Below are positions 39,238-47,679 of a stretch of DNA of 64,000 nucleotides, one piece after another. The notes below the pieces were generated by a model, which saw only the letters and a list, made by a program, of their open reading frames with translations, searched no databases and was not told the origin of the DNA. Both the position numbers and the translations under genes were made by a program. This DNA comes from Arthrobacter sp. GTDB taxonomy: Bacteria > Actinomycetota > Actinomycetes > Actinomycetales > Micrococcaceae. Location of the stretch: contig NZ_JAPSHJ010000013.1 of NCBI RefSeq assembly GCF_031179985.1, positions 12,710-76,709 on the forward strand, given 5' to 3'. How positions within the stretch are numbered: position 1 is the first letter of the stretch; each line of letters opens with the position of its first letter.

Positions 39238-40214
39238 CCGAAATTACGGCGCGCGGCGAGAAGAAGCTGGTACTCGCTGCTGGGCGGGCCCATCCCGACC
39301 TTGCCCGCGAGATCGCCAAGGAGCTCGGCACAGAACTGCTGCCAGTTGACGCCTATGATTTCGCGAACGGCGAGATCTACGTCCGCGCCGGCGAAAGCGT
39401 TCGCGGTACCGATGCGTTCGTTATCCAGGCGCATCCCGCTCCGCTGAACAACTGGCTGATGGAGCAGCTGATCATGATTGATTCGCTGAAGCGGGCTTCC
39501 GCCAAACGCATCACCGTGGTTTCCCCGTTCTACCCGTATGCACGGCAGGACAAAAAGGGCCGCGGCCGCGAGCCCATTTCGGCCCGCCTGATCGCAGATC
39601 TCTACAAAACGGCCGGTGCCGACCGCATCATGAGTGTGGATTTGCACACTTCCCAGATCCAGGGGTTCTTTGACGGCCCTGTGGACCATTTGATGGCCAT
39701 CCCGCTCCTGGCCGACTACATCCGCACCCGCGTCGACGCTGAGAACATTACGGTGGTCTCCCCTGACACCGGACGCGTGCGCGTTGCCGAGCAATGGGCG
39801 GAACGCCTCGGCGGCGCACCGCTGGCTTTCGTCCACAAGAGCCGCGACCTGACTGTGCCCAACCAGGCGGTCTCCAAGACCGTCGTGGGCCAGATTGAGG
39901 GCCGGACGTGCGTCCTTATCGATGACATGATCGACACCGGTGGTACCATCTCCGGTGCAGTGCAGGTCCTCAAGAACGCCGGGGCCAAGGACGTCATCAT
40001 CGCAGCCACCCACGCCGTATTCTCTGATCCGGCCGCACGCAGGCTCTCTGAATCGGGGGCGCGTGAAGTTGTGGTCACCAACACCCTGCCGATCACCGCC
40101 GACAAGAGTTTCCCGCAACTCACAGTGCTCTCCATCGCACCGTTGATTGCCCGGGCCATCCGCGAAGTGTTCGACGACGGATCGGTGACAAGCCTGTTCG
40201 ACGGCAACGCCTGA
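39234..40214 (+). CDS. prs: Ribose-phosphate pyrophosphokinase
   Basis: FANGEI, PFYPYARQDKK, DLHTSQIQGFF, VSPDTGRV, IDDMIDTGGT. Confidence 0.98.
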   Translation: MTEITARGEKKLVLAAGRAHPDLAREIAKELGTELLPVDAYDFANGEIYVRAGESVRGTDAFVIQAHPAPLNNWLMEQLIMIDSLKRASAKRITVVSPFYPYARQDKKGRGREPISARLIADLYKTAGADRIMSVDLHTSQIQGFFDGPVDHLMAIPLLADYIRTRVDAENITVVSPDTGRVRVAEQWAERLGGAPLAFVHKSRDLTVPNQAVSKTVVGQIEGRTCVLIDDMIDTGGTISGAVQVLKNAGAKDVIIAATHAVFSDPAARRLSESGAREVVVTNTLPITADKSFPQLTVLSIAPLIARAIREVFDDGSVTSLFDGNA

Positions 40215-40313
40215 GCGCGGTCGGCAACAATTTCCCGGCTATTGGCACAAGCCGGCGGCGGGCCCGTTTTCAGGAATCGGGCCCGACGCTGGTAAACTTC
40301 TTGACGATACCTT

Positions 40314-40446
40314 GGCGAGGGAGAGCGGCCGTTAGTTCCGGTAACTTACGGATCAATACCGCAGTCTCCGTTATCGACTGGGTCTGAATCTCCTTCGTGA
40401 AGGGTAGCCGCAAAAGGCTGGCCGGCGTTGAAGGTCGCAACAGACC
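40314..40446 (+). ncRNA. Candidate structured 5' leader of rplY
   Basis: Nested stems GGAGA/TCTCC, GCGG/CCGC, CCGT/ACGG, AGTT/AACT, then GGTCTG/CAGACC and CCTTC/GAAGG; TAAACT -10 at 40293-40298. Confidence 0.45.
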
Positions 40447-40488
40447 TCCGCCCTTGCTGAACACAATTTAGCCTTCAAGGAGATCGAC

Positions 40489-41082
40489 ATGTCTGAGCAG
40501 AAGCTCGCAGCAGAAGTACGCACCGAATTCGGCAAGGGCTTCGCCCGCCGCGCACGCATGGCCGGCCAGATTCCCGCCGTCATCTATGGACACGGTGCAG
40601 AGCCGATCCACATCACCCTCCCGAGCAAGGCCACCACGCTCGCTGTCCGCAAGGCCAACGCCCTGCTTTCCCTGGACATCAACGGCGACGTTCACCTCGC
40701 CCTGGTCAAGGACATCCAGCGCGACCCAATCAAGCAGATCATCGAGCACATTGACCTGCTGACCGTCATCAAGGGCGAAAAGGTCACCGTCGACGTCCCC
40801 GTCCACGTGACCGGCGAGCTGGCTCCGGGCAACGTCTACAACCAGGAACTCACCGTCATCTCCCTTGAGGCCGAGGCAACCCACCTGCCCACCGCCGTCG
40901 AGGTCGACATCGAAGGCCGCACGGCCGGCGAGCACATCCACGCATCGGACCTGGTTCTGCCGAAGGGCTCCGTCCTGCTGGCCGACGCCGACGCACTCGT
41001 GGTCCACATCTCCGAGGCCACCGAGTCCGCTGAAGGCGAAGAGGCTGAAGCCGGCGAGGCATCCGCCGCTTCCGCCGAGTAG
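40489..41082 (+). CDS. rplY: 50S ribosomal protein L25/Ctc
   Basis: RTEFGKGFARR..IPAVIYGHG..KDIQRDP..HIDL..VDVPV; acidic tail. Confidence 0.97.
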   Translation: MSEQKLAAEVRTEFGKGFARRARMAGQIPAVIYGHGAEPIHITLPSKATTLAVRKANALLSLDINGDVHLALVKDIQRDPIKQIIEHIDLLTVIKGEKVTVDVPVHVTGELAPGNVYNQELTVISLEAEATHLPTAVEVDIEGRTAGEHIHASDLVLPKGSVLLADADALVVHISEATESAEGEEAEAGEASAASAE

Positions 41083-41099
41083 CACAGGCAAGTTAAAAA

Positions 41100-41131
41100 C
41101 AGTGGCCGGGTCCGGGCGGACCCGGCCACTG
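41100..41131 (+). terminator. Intrinsic terminator-like hairpin after rplY
   Basis: CAGTGGCCGGGTCC-gggc-GGACCCGGCCACTG perfect 14-bp stem, preceded by an A run. Confidence 0.75.
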
Positions 41132-41228
41132 CCGTTTCCCGGCGCCGTCCTGACCCTGCATTGCTTTCGCGGGCACTCTCTGGCTTGCGTTGCAAAAACA
41201 GGGCGTTCGCCAACCTAGGATGGATTTC

Positions 41229-41813
41229 ATGACTGAGACGTGGCTGATAGCAGGCCTTGGAAACCCGGGACCCGGGTACAGCCGCAACAGGCACAACGTG
41301 GGCCAAATGGTCCTGGACGAACTTGCAGCCCGTCTGGGCGGCACCTTCAAGACGCATAAGGCGAGAGCCCAGGTTTTGGAGGGCCGGCTGGGCCCCGGGG
41401 GGCCGCGAGTGGTGCTGGCCAAGCCCCTGAGCTACATGAATGTCTCCGGCGGTCCTGTCTCCGGCCTGGCCGCGTTCTACTCAGTGGATCCGGCGCACGT
41501 TGTTGTTGTCCATGACGAGATTGATATTCCCTTTAATACAGTCAAGCTGAAGCTCGGTGGCGGGGAGGGCGGGCACAACGGCCTACGGGACATTTCGAAG
41601 GCGCTGGCTACCAAAGATTATCTGCGGGTGCGCGTAGGCGTAGGCCGCCCGCAGGGTCGCATGGACACGGCAGACTACGTCCTGAGAGATTTCTCGACGA
41701 CGGAAAAGAAGGATCTCCCCTTCCTCGTGGATGAGGCCGCCGACGCCGTCGAACTCCTCGTCAGGGACGGCCTGACAGTCGCCCAGCAGAAATTTCATCC
41801 GGCCAAAGCATGA
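41229..41813 (+). CDS. pth: Peptidyl-tRNA hydrolase
   Basis: [44 protein letters not shown]. Confidence 0.98.
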   Translation: MTETWLIAGLGNPGPGYSRNRHNVGQMVLDELAARLGGTFKTHKARAQVLEGRLGPGGPRVVLAKPLSYMNVSGGPVSGLAAFYSVDPAHVVVVHDEIDIPFNTVKLKLGGGEGGHNGLRDISKALATKDYLRVRVGVGRPQGRMDTADYVLRDFSTTEKKDLPFLVDEAADAVELLVRDGLTVAQQKFHPAKA

Positions 41814-42024
41814 CGTCCGGCAGGTCGCGGAGCGGCCTTTGTCAGGGCAAGGAGTACGTCCCTTTCAGGGGCGTGACGGGACGGCGTCGGAATGCGCAAT
41901 TCTTGATGAAATCTAGGTGCCAGCTGCCCTGTTTTACAGTCGGGGCCACGGGGTAGTCTTGCTCGTAAGCGGGGGAAGGCCAGAAAAGCCTTATACCCGC
42001 CACGCGGGACGTAAGGAAAAGTTC

Positions 42025-44763
42025 ATGTCAATCGAGCCACTCAGCTGGGGACGTGGGTCTACTGGTAGCGCGCTTGCTGATCCAGTGACGTTTGCCGGTC
42101 CGGACGAGCATCAAAAATGGTCACTGCCGGCACGAAGCGCTGATCTCGGCCACATCCGCGCCGCCCTGACAGACGCCGATTCCCTGGGCGTTGTCATCAC
42201 CGGGGCACGCGGGGTGGGGAAGTCTTCACTGGCCAGAACCGCTGTCATGGAATTGGGCTCCGAAGTCTTTACCCTCCAGCTGCGCAACACTTTGGCCGGC
42301 TCAAAGACTCCGTATGGCTGCCTTGCATTTCTCCTCGCCCGCCTGCCGCAGGCCGCCATGGGATCGCCCACCGCTATCCTCCAAGGCATCACTTCCCTCA
42401 TCCGGAACGATGCCGGTGGACGGGAGTGCGTCATAACGCTGGACAGTACAGCCAGCCTGGATGACATGAGTGCCGGGGTGCTGCTGAACATCCTGCTGAC
42501 ACGCACTGCGAGGATCATCGCGATTGCCCCGAACATCAGCGATCTGCCGGCTGATTTCCACTGGCTTTTGACGGAGCGGCGGCTCACCGAGGTCCGCCTC
42601 GAGAACCTCAACGAACTGCAGACCAAGCAGGTGCTGCTCTCCTTGCTTGGCCATCGTGTTTCCTCCTCGCTCGTGAGTACCTTCCACTCCATCGTTGGCG
42701 GCAACCCCATGCTCCTGAAGGCACTTGTGGCCGAGCAGCAACTGGCGGGGAACCTTATCCTTTCCGACTCGGTATGGACGCTGCGGGACAAAGTGGTTCT
42801 CGACGGCGGCACCGGGCTCGATGACATCGTCCGCTCCCGCTGGATGCGCGAAACCCCCGAGACACGGGCAGTCATTGAAATGTTGTCCTGCGCGCGGACT
42901 GTTTCCCTGGCGAGGCTGACGGGCGTGTTCGGCACGGACATCATTGCTGACATGGAAGACGCAGGGTTGTTGAGCGTGGCCCGTTCCGACAACCGCTGGG
43001 TGACCCTCAGGGAACAGTACCTCGGTGATGTGGTGCGGTCGTGGCTGAGCGTCGCGCGGCGAAGGGAGTTGCGGACCAAGCTCCTGGGCGACCGTGAGCC
43101 GGACGTCTCGCATATGACACTCGAAGAGCTCATAGGGTTCGCGGCGTGGACCCATGAATGCGAGGCCGAACTGCGGCCGCCCGTCGCGCTGGCGGCAGCT
43201 GAGGCGGCCAATCAGCTGTTCGATCCGAGGTTTGCTCTCACCTGTGCCGGCAGCCTGAAAAAATCGGACGACGAATGGGTGGCGGGGCAGCGCCAAAAGG
43301 CGGCGTCCTGTCTGCTCCTGGATCTTCCGCTGCAAGCCATGGCGGCCCTCGACGACATCACTCCGGCTCAACTGCAGGAACTCGCTGACCTGGACTTCGC
43401 TGAAGTTGTTGCTGCCAAATGCGACGTGATGGTGTGGTTGCCCGAACATAAGAGCAAGGTGCCCGAACTCCTGGGGCAGGCACGGGAGCGCCTCGGAGTG
43501 AAGCGCGGCACCAGGCTGTCCTGGCCCGATCCGCTGGCAGCGGCCGCTAACAGGATCAGCCTGAGTGAATTCGAATACCATGCCTTCACAGGAAATTTTG
43601 CCAATATCGTCCAGGACCTCGAAGAGGCGGCCGACCCCCAGCTGAACAATGATCTCTGGTTCAGGATGCAGTCGGCCATCATCCTCATGGAAGCCCTTTC
43701 AACCATGGGCCGTGAGATGGATGCCCTGCAGCTCATGCGGATGCTCGGCGGCCAGCTCTCTGACGCCGGACACATCGTGGGTCTTCGCGAAAAGTTCTCG
43801 ATCCGGGCATTTACCGTGCTGCTTCAGGCAGGCAGATGGCGGCAGTGCCTCGACCTCGTCAACCCTCCCAGGTCCCAGGACGCCCGTGGCCTCGCATTCC
43901 GGACGTCCGCTTCAGAGTTGTCCACGGGACTTGCCTACGTCTATTCGGGACGCGGAGCCATTGCCCTGGAGTCCCTTCTTTCCTCCGTTGCACAGCTTGA
44001 GCTTCGGCCCGTCATGAACACGCTCCAGGCTGCCTATGCGGCAACGGCCTTTGCCTATGCCCAGATTGGCGACGCCGGCCAGGCGCGCAAGTACCTTGAA
44101 AAGCTCCGCACGTCCCGGGGCGAATGTACCTTCGCCATCAGGACAGTCACCAACTTCTGTGCAGACATGGCAGGCCGGTGGCTGGGGGACGGCGATGCAA
44201 CCAACAGGCTACTGGCCTCCGCACGCGAGGACATTGTCGAGGGCAGGTTTACGCTGGCCGGAATCAGTCTCCTCGGTGCAACTGTGAACGGTTCAGAGGA
44301 CGACTTGCGCCTTCTCGAAACCGTAGCGGGGCATCGGCAGGGCCCGATGGCCGAAATGTCGAGGCTCATAGCAGTGGGCACCCGGACAAAGAACGCAAAA
44401 GTCCTGCTCGCCGGAGGTGAGCTCGCCGCATCAATGGAGCTCGACGTCGTCGAGGCACGTTGTGTGGCCCTTGCTGTTGATTTTGCCCGGATGGCCGGCG
44501 ACTCAACCTCTGCCCGGACTGCGCAGGCACGGCTGGACCATCTCTCCTCCACGGTCAGCAGCCTGCCCATTGTCCCCAGCAGCGGAAGTCCACTCCTTAC
44601 CGCAAGGGAACGGCAGATAGCGCGCCTGGCGGGGCGGGGCACCTCCAACCGTGACATCGCCCAGGAGATGGGCGTCTCGGTCCGCACTGTCGAGGGTCAC
44701 CTCTACCAGGTTTTCACTAAGCTTGGCGTAACCTCACGGGGTGATTTGCCTGGACTCGTCTAG
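42025..44763 (+). CDS. Large NTPase-LuxR (LAL/MalT-like) regulator, copy 1
   Basis: Walker A GARGVGKS, GGNP motif, C-terminal LTARERQIARLAGRG.SNRDIA..SVRTVEGHLYQVFTKLGV; start moved to ATG 42025 (after TAGTCT -10). Confidence 0.92.
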   Translation: MSIEPLSWGRGSTGSALADPVTFAGPDEHQKWSLPARSADLGHIRAALTDADSLGVVITGARGVGKSSLARTAVMELGSEVFTLQLRNTLAGSKTPYGCLAFLLARLPQAAMGSPTAILQGITSLIRNDAGGRECVITLDSTASLDDMSAGVLLNILLTRTARIIAIAPNISDLPADFHWLLTERRLTEVRLENLNELQTKQVLLSLLGHRVSSSLVSTFHSIVGGNPMLLKALVAEQQLAGNLILSDSVWTLRDKVVLDGGTGLDDIVRSRWMRETPETRAVIEMLSCARTVSLARLTGVFGTDIIADMEDAGLLSVARSDNRWVTLREQYLGDVVRSWLSVARRRELRTKLLGDREPDVSHMTLEELIGFAAWTHECEAELRPPVALAAAEAANQLFDPRFALTCAGSLKKSDDEWVAGQRQKAASCLLLDLPLQAMAALDDITPAQLQELADLDFAEVVAAKCDVMVWLPEHKSKVPELLGQARERLGVKRGTRLSWPDPLAAAANRISLSEFEYHAFTGNFANIVQDLEEAADPQLNNDLWFRMQSAIILMEALSTMGREMDALQLMRMLGGQLSDAGHIVGLREKFSIRAFTVLLQAGRWRQCLDLVNPPRSQDARGLAFRTSASELSTGLAYVYSGRGAIALESLLSSVAQLELRPVMNTLQAAYAATAFAYAQIGDAGQARKYLEKLRTSRGECTFAIRTVTNFCADMAGRWLGDGDATNRLLASAREDIVEGRFTLAGISLLGATVNGSEDDLRLLETVAGHRQGPMAEMSRLIAVGTRTKNAKVLLAGGELAASMELDVVEARCVALAVDFARMAGDSTSARTAQARLDHLSSTVSSLPIVPSSGSPLLTARERQIARLAGRGTSNRDIAQEMGVSVRTVEGHLYQVFTKLGVTSRGDLPGLV

Positions 44764-47461
44764 CGGCCGCGTTCCGAAGTCAGGCTCGGTGAACCGGCAG
44801 CTGACCGGACGCCGGGAGACGATGGAACGCGTCTGCCAGACGATCCTCAACAAAACCAGCCAGGCAGTTTTTCTGATCTCCGGCCCCGGGATCGGTAAGA
44901 GCGCCTTGGTCGAAGCAATCAGTGAACGGCTTACCCGGGACATGAATGTCCTGCGGATCCATGGAAGTTCGTCGCTGGCCAAGGTTCCCTTCGGCGTTTT
45001 GGCGCCCTATACCTCCGGACTGTCGGCGGAGGACGCCGTGTCTCCCGTCGCTGTTCTGAGGTCTGTCTGGTCCTACTTCCAAAAACTCCGCTCAGCCAAG
45101 GACGGCCCGCTCCTGCTGGTGGTCGACGACGCCCATCACCTTGATGACGCCACTGCAAGCATTGTCGTTGACATGGTTTCTGCGGGCTGGGCAAGTGTGC
45201 TGGCTACTGGCCGTTCCCGGCCGGGCCTTCCTGCTGCGATGAACCAGCTTTGGTACGACGGACTCGCGGACCGGATCGATCTCCGGCCGCTGACGCAGGA
45301 GCAGGTGGCGGAAGCGGTGGCCCATGCCCTGGAAGGCATCGTCCCTGAAAGTACTGTGCAGGCTCTTTGGGCAGAATCAGGGGGTAATCCCTTATTGCTG
45401 GACTGCCTGCTGAATGACGCTATCGAGTCTGGATCCTTGGTGAAGCGGAACAGCATCTGGCTGCTCCTGGGCTCCTGGCCGTCGGGTGGACGTAAGCTCA
45501 CCGACGTCGTAGCGAAGCAGCTGCAGCGCAGGAGCGCTGAGGAGCAGGAGGCACTGAAGCTGATTGCGCTCTCTGAGCCCGTTCCACGAGGACTTATCGA
45601 AGAAGTGTGCGGTGCTCCGGCTGTCCGTTCCCTCCTGGAACACCAGCTGGTCCGGGAGTCAACAGGGGGGTCGGCCGAGCTGAGGCTGTGGTATCCCAGT
45701 TACAGCGGAGCCATTCGCCGCATGGTCTCAGCATCAAGAAGCCTCCACTTGCGCAAACAGCTGCTTCAGCATGCAGATCACCACCCCGCCACGGCCGAGG
45801 GAATGCTGCGGATGGTCAGCTGGTCACTCGAATGCGGAGCCGAAGTGCCCGATGCGGAATTGCTGGAGGCATCCGTCCTGGCCGCCAGACTGTTCCAGGA
45901 CTCGCTGGCACTGGATGCGGCCGCCCGGATCCGTGACCCCGATCTCCGCCAACGCGGGCAGGTTGCCATGGCCAGGGCCCACTACAATCGGGGCAGCTAT
46001 GAGGAGGCAGCCAGGCAGCTGGATCTCCATTTTGCTGCGGACGGGGAACCTGCACGGAACCCCGGGGATGTGCTCCTCTGGGCCTGCACCCACGCCGCTT
46101 TGGGGCACATTCCGGAGGCGTTCCTCGAAGATGCCCGGCGACTCCTGGACATTAACGGCCATGCTGCCAAAACGGGGGAACTGTCGGACACCTCGGGCAG
46201 CGAGATGCGGCACTGGATCGTCTTGGAACTCTTCGCTCTGAGTGCTGCTGCCGATTACCGGTCGCTGGGCAAATACCTGGATGAATTCGAATCCCTTCGG
46301 CCAGGAGAGGATCTGAGTGGAGGGTCGCCGGCCAGACGGGCTTTTATGCTGGCCATGCGGTCAGAAGTGCTTCGTTCGGAGGGACGGCCCCAGTCGGCGG
46401 AGAACATCGCAGCTGAAGCTCATGCACTCCTCACCGCGGACGGCAGCGAACTCTTCTTCTTCCCTGAGTTTGTGCTCCATCGCCAGCTGGGTGCAGCAAT
46501 GTCCGCCGGACATTGGATAGCAGTGGAGGACTACCTCGGAGCGTATACAAGGCAGCGAAGCCATGCATTGGTCACCTTCGGGGGGACCGTGCAAAGCTGG
46601 CGCGGCCTTTCCCTCCTGCTGCGGGATACGCTCGATACGGCGGGGGCATATCTGCTTCCGGCCGTTGAAGCCCTGCGGGAGAACGACCCGCTTGGCCTGT
46701 TGCCGGTGACTCTCGCGGCGGCGACTTACGCCGCTGCCAGGACGGGAGACACAGTGCAAGCCCGGCGTCTCCTTCAGGATTTTGATTACCTCGAGACCCC
46801 CGGGAGGGGTTTCGACGCCGAGTACGCCCGGATTTTTTCTGCTGCAAGCACTGACGTTCTACGGGGCGGGGATGGCGGCCCGATTACTTTGCTGGCACTT
46901 CTTGATGACCCCTCGGTGGTGTCGTCGCCAGGCGCGGAGCTTTTGATCCACGCTGTGGCCGCGGAACTGGGCCATCACGGCGACTACTCCCGGATTGCCA
47001 GCCTGACAGAGAATATGGAAGGCTCCTGGGCCGGTGCTTGGCATAAGTTTGCCGCCGCGCATCTTTCAGGCACCGCTGCGGACTACCTGGAAGCAGGAGA
47101 AGCTGTGCACGCGGCCGGACTGATACGGGTTGCACGGAACCTGTTTGCAGCTGCAGCTGACCGCTACGGCACTGCCGGCGATCGGCCCCGCTCACGGGAG
47201 GCAGCGGCCCGCAGGGATGATTGTGATCGGGAACTTCGAGTCACTATTGACATTGGGGCGGCCTCCGAGTCGTCCTCCGGAGTCCAGCTGACGCGGCGTG
47301 AGCGGGACATCGTTGTCCTGGCGGTCGAGGGGCTGACTGACAGGCAAATCGCGGACAGACTCATGGTTTCGGTCCGAACCGTTGAAGGGCACCTTTACCG
47401 CAGCTATGCCAAACTTGGCATTCGCGGCCGGGATCAGCTCGCTTCTGCCGTTCGCCTCTGA
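44741..47461 (+). CDS. Large NTPase-LuxR regulator, copy 2
   Basis: GPGIGKS, LVVDDAHHLD, SGGNP, LTRRERDIV..TDRQIA..SVRTVEGHLYRSYAKLG. Confidence 0.93.
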   Translation: MICLDSSSGRVPKSGSVNRQLTGRRETMERVCQTILNKTSQAVFLISGPGIGKSALVEAISERLTRDMNVLRIHGSSSLAKVPFGVLAPYTSGLSAEDAVSPVAVLRSVWSYFQKLRSAKDGPLLLVVDDAHHLDDATASIVVDMVSAGWASVLATGRSRPGLPAAMNQLWYDGLADRIDLRPLTQEQVAEAVAHALEGIVPESTVQALWAESGGNPLLLDCLLNDAIESGSLVKRNSIWLLLGSWPSGGRKLTDVVAKQLQRRSAEEQEALKLIALSEPVPRGLIEEVCGAPAVRSLLEHQLVRESTGGSAELRLWYPSYSGAIRRMVSASRSLHLRKQLLQHADHHPATAEGMLRMVSWSLECGAEVPDAELLEASVLAARLFQDSLALDAAARIRDPDLRQRGQVAMARAHYNRGSYEEAARQLDLHFAADGEPARNPGDVLLWACTHAALGHIPEAFLEDARRLLDINGHAAKTGELSDTSGSEMRHWIVLELFALSAAADYRSLGKYLDEFESLRPGEDLSGGSPARRAFMLAMRSEVLRSEGRPQSAENIAAEAHALLTADGSELFFFPEFVLHRQLGAAMSAGHWIAVEDYLGAYTRQRSHALVTFGGTVQSWRGLSLLLRDTLDTAGAYLLPAVEALRENDPLGLLPVTLAAATYAAARTGDTVQARRLLQDFDYLETPGRGFDAEYARIFSAASTDVLRGGDGGPITLLALLDDPSVVSSPGAELLIHAVAAELGHHGDYSRIASLTENMEGSWAGAWHKFAAAHLSGTAADYLEAGEAVHAAGLIRVARNLFAAAADRYGTAGDRPRSREAAARRDDCDRELRVTIDIGAASESSSGVQLTRRERDIVVLAVEGLTDRQIADRLMVSVRTVEGHLYRSYAKLGIRGRDQLASAVRL

Positions 47462-47592
47462 CCCGTCATCAGGTCGGGAACCACCTGTCCATGCAGAGAC
47501 AGTAATGTTCACAACTACTTGTTTTTTTCGGTGGCAAACAAGCGAGGCATGAGTACACCTGTTCTTCCTACTTCGGCAACTACTGGGAAATG

Positions 47593-47607
47593 GAGTACTT
47601 CGTACTC
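47593..47607. promoter_or_regulatory. GAGTAC-N3-GTACTC palindrome, candidate operator upstream of LuxR copy 3
   Basis: Perfect 6-3-6 inverted repeat; extra (C/G)TACT half sites nearby; TAAGTT -10 at 47631-47636. Confidence 0.45.
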
Positions 47608-47679
47608 GTGTCCATGGTCAAGGACTTTCGTAAGTTGGGGGTTAGCACGGGCCCCTAACGGGATACGAAGGACTTCACC

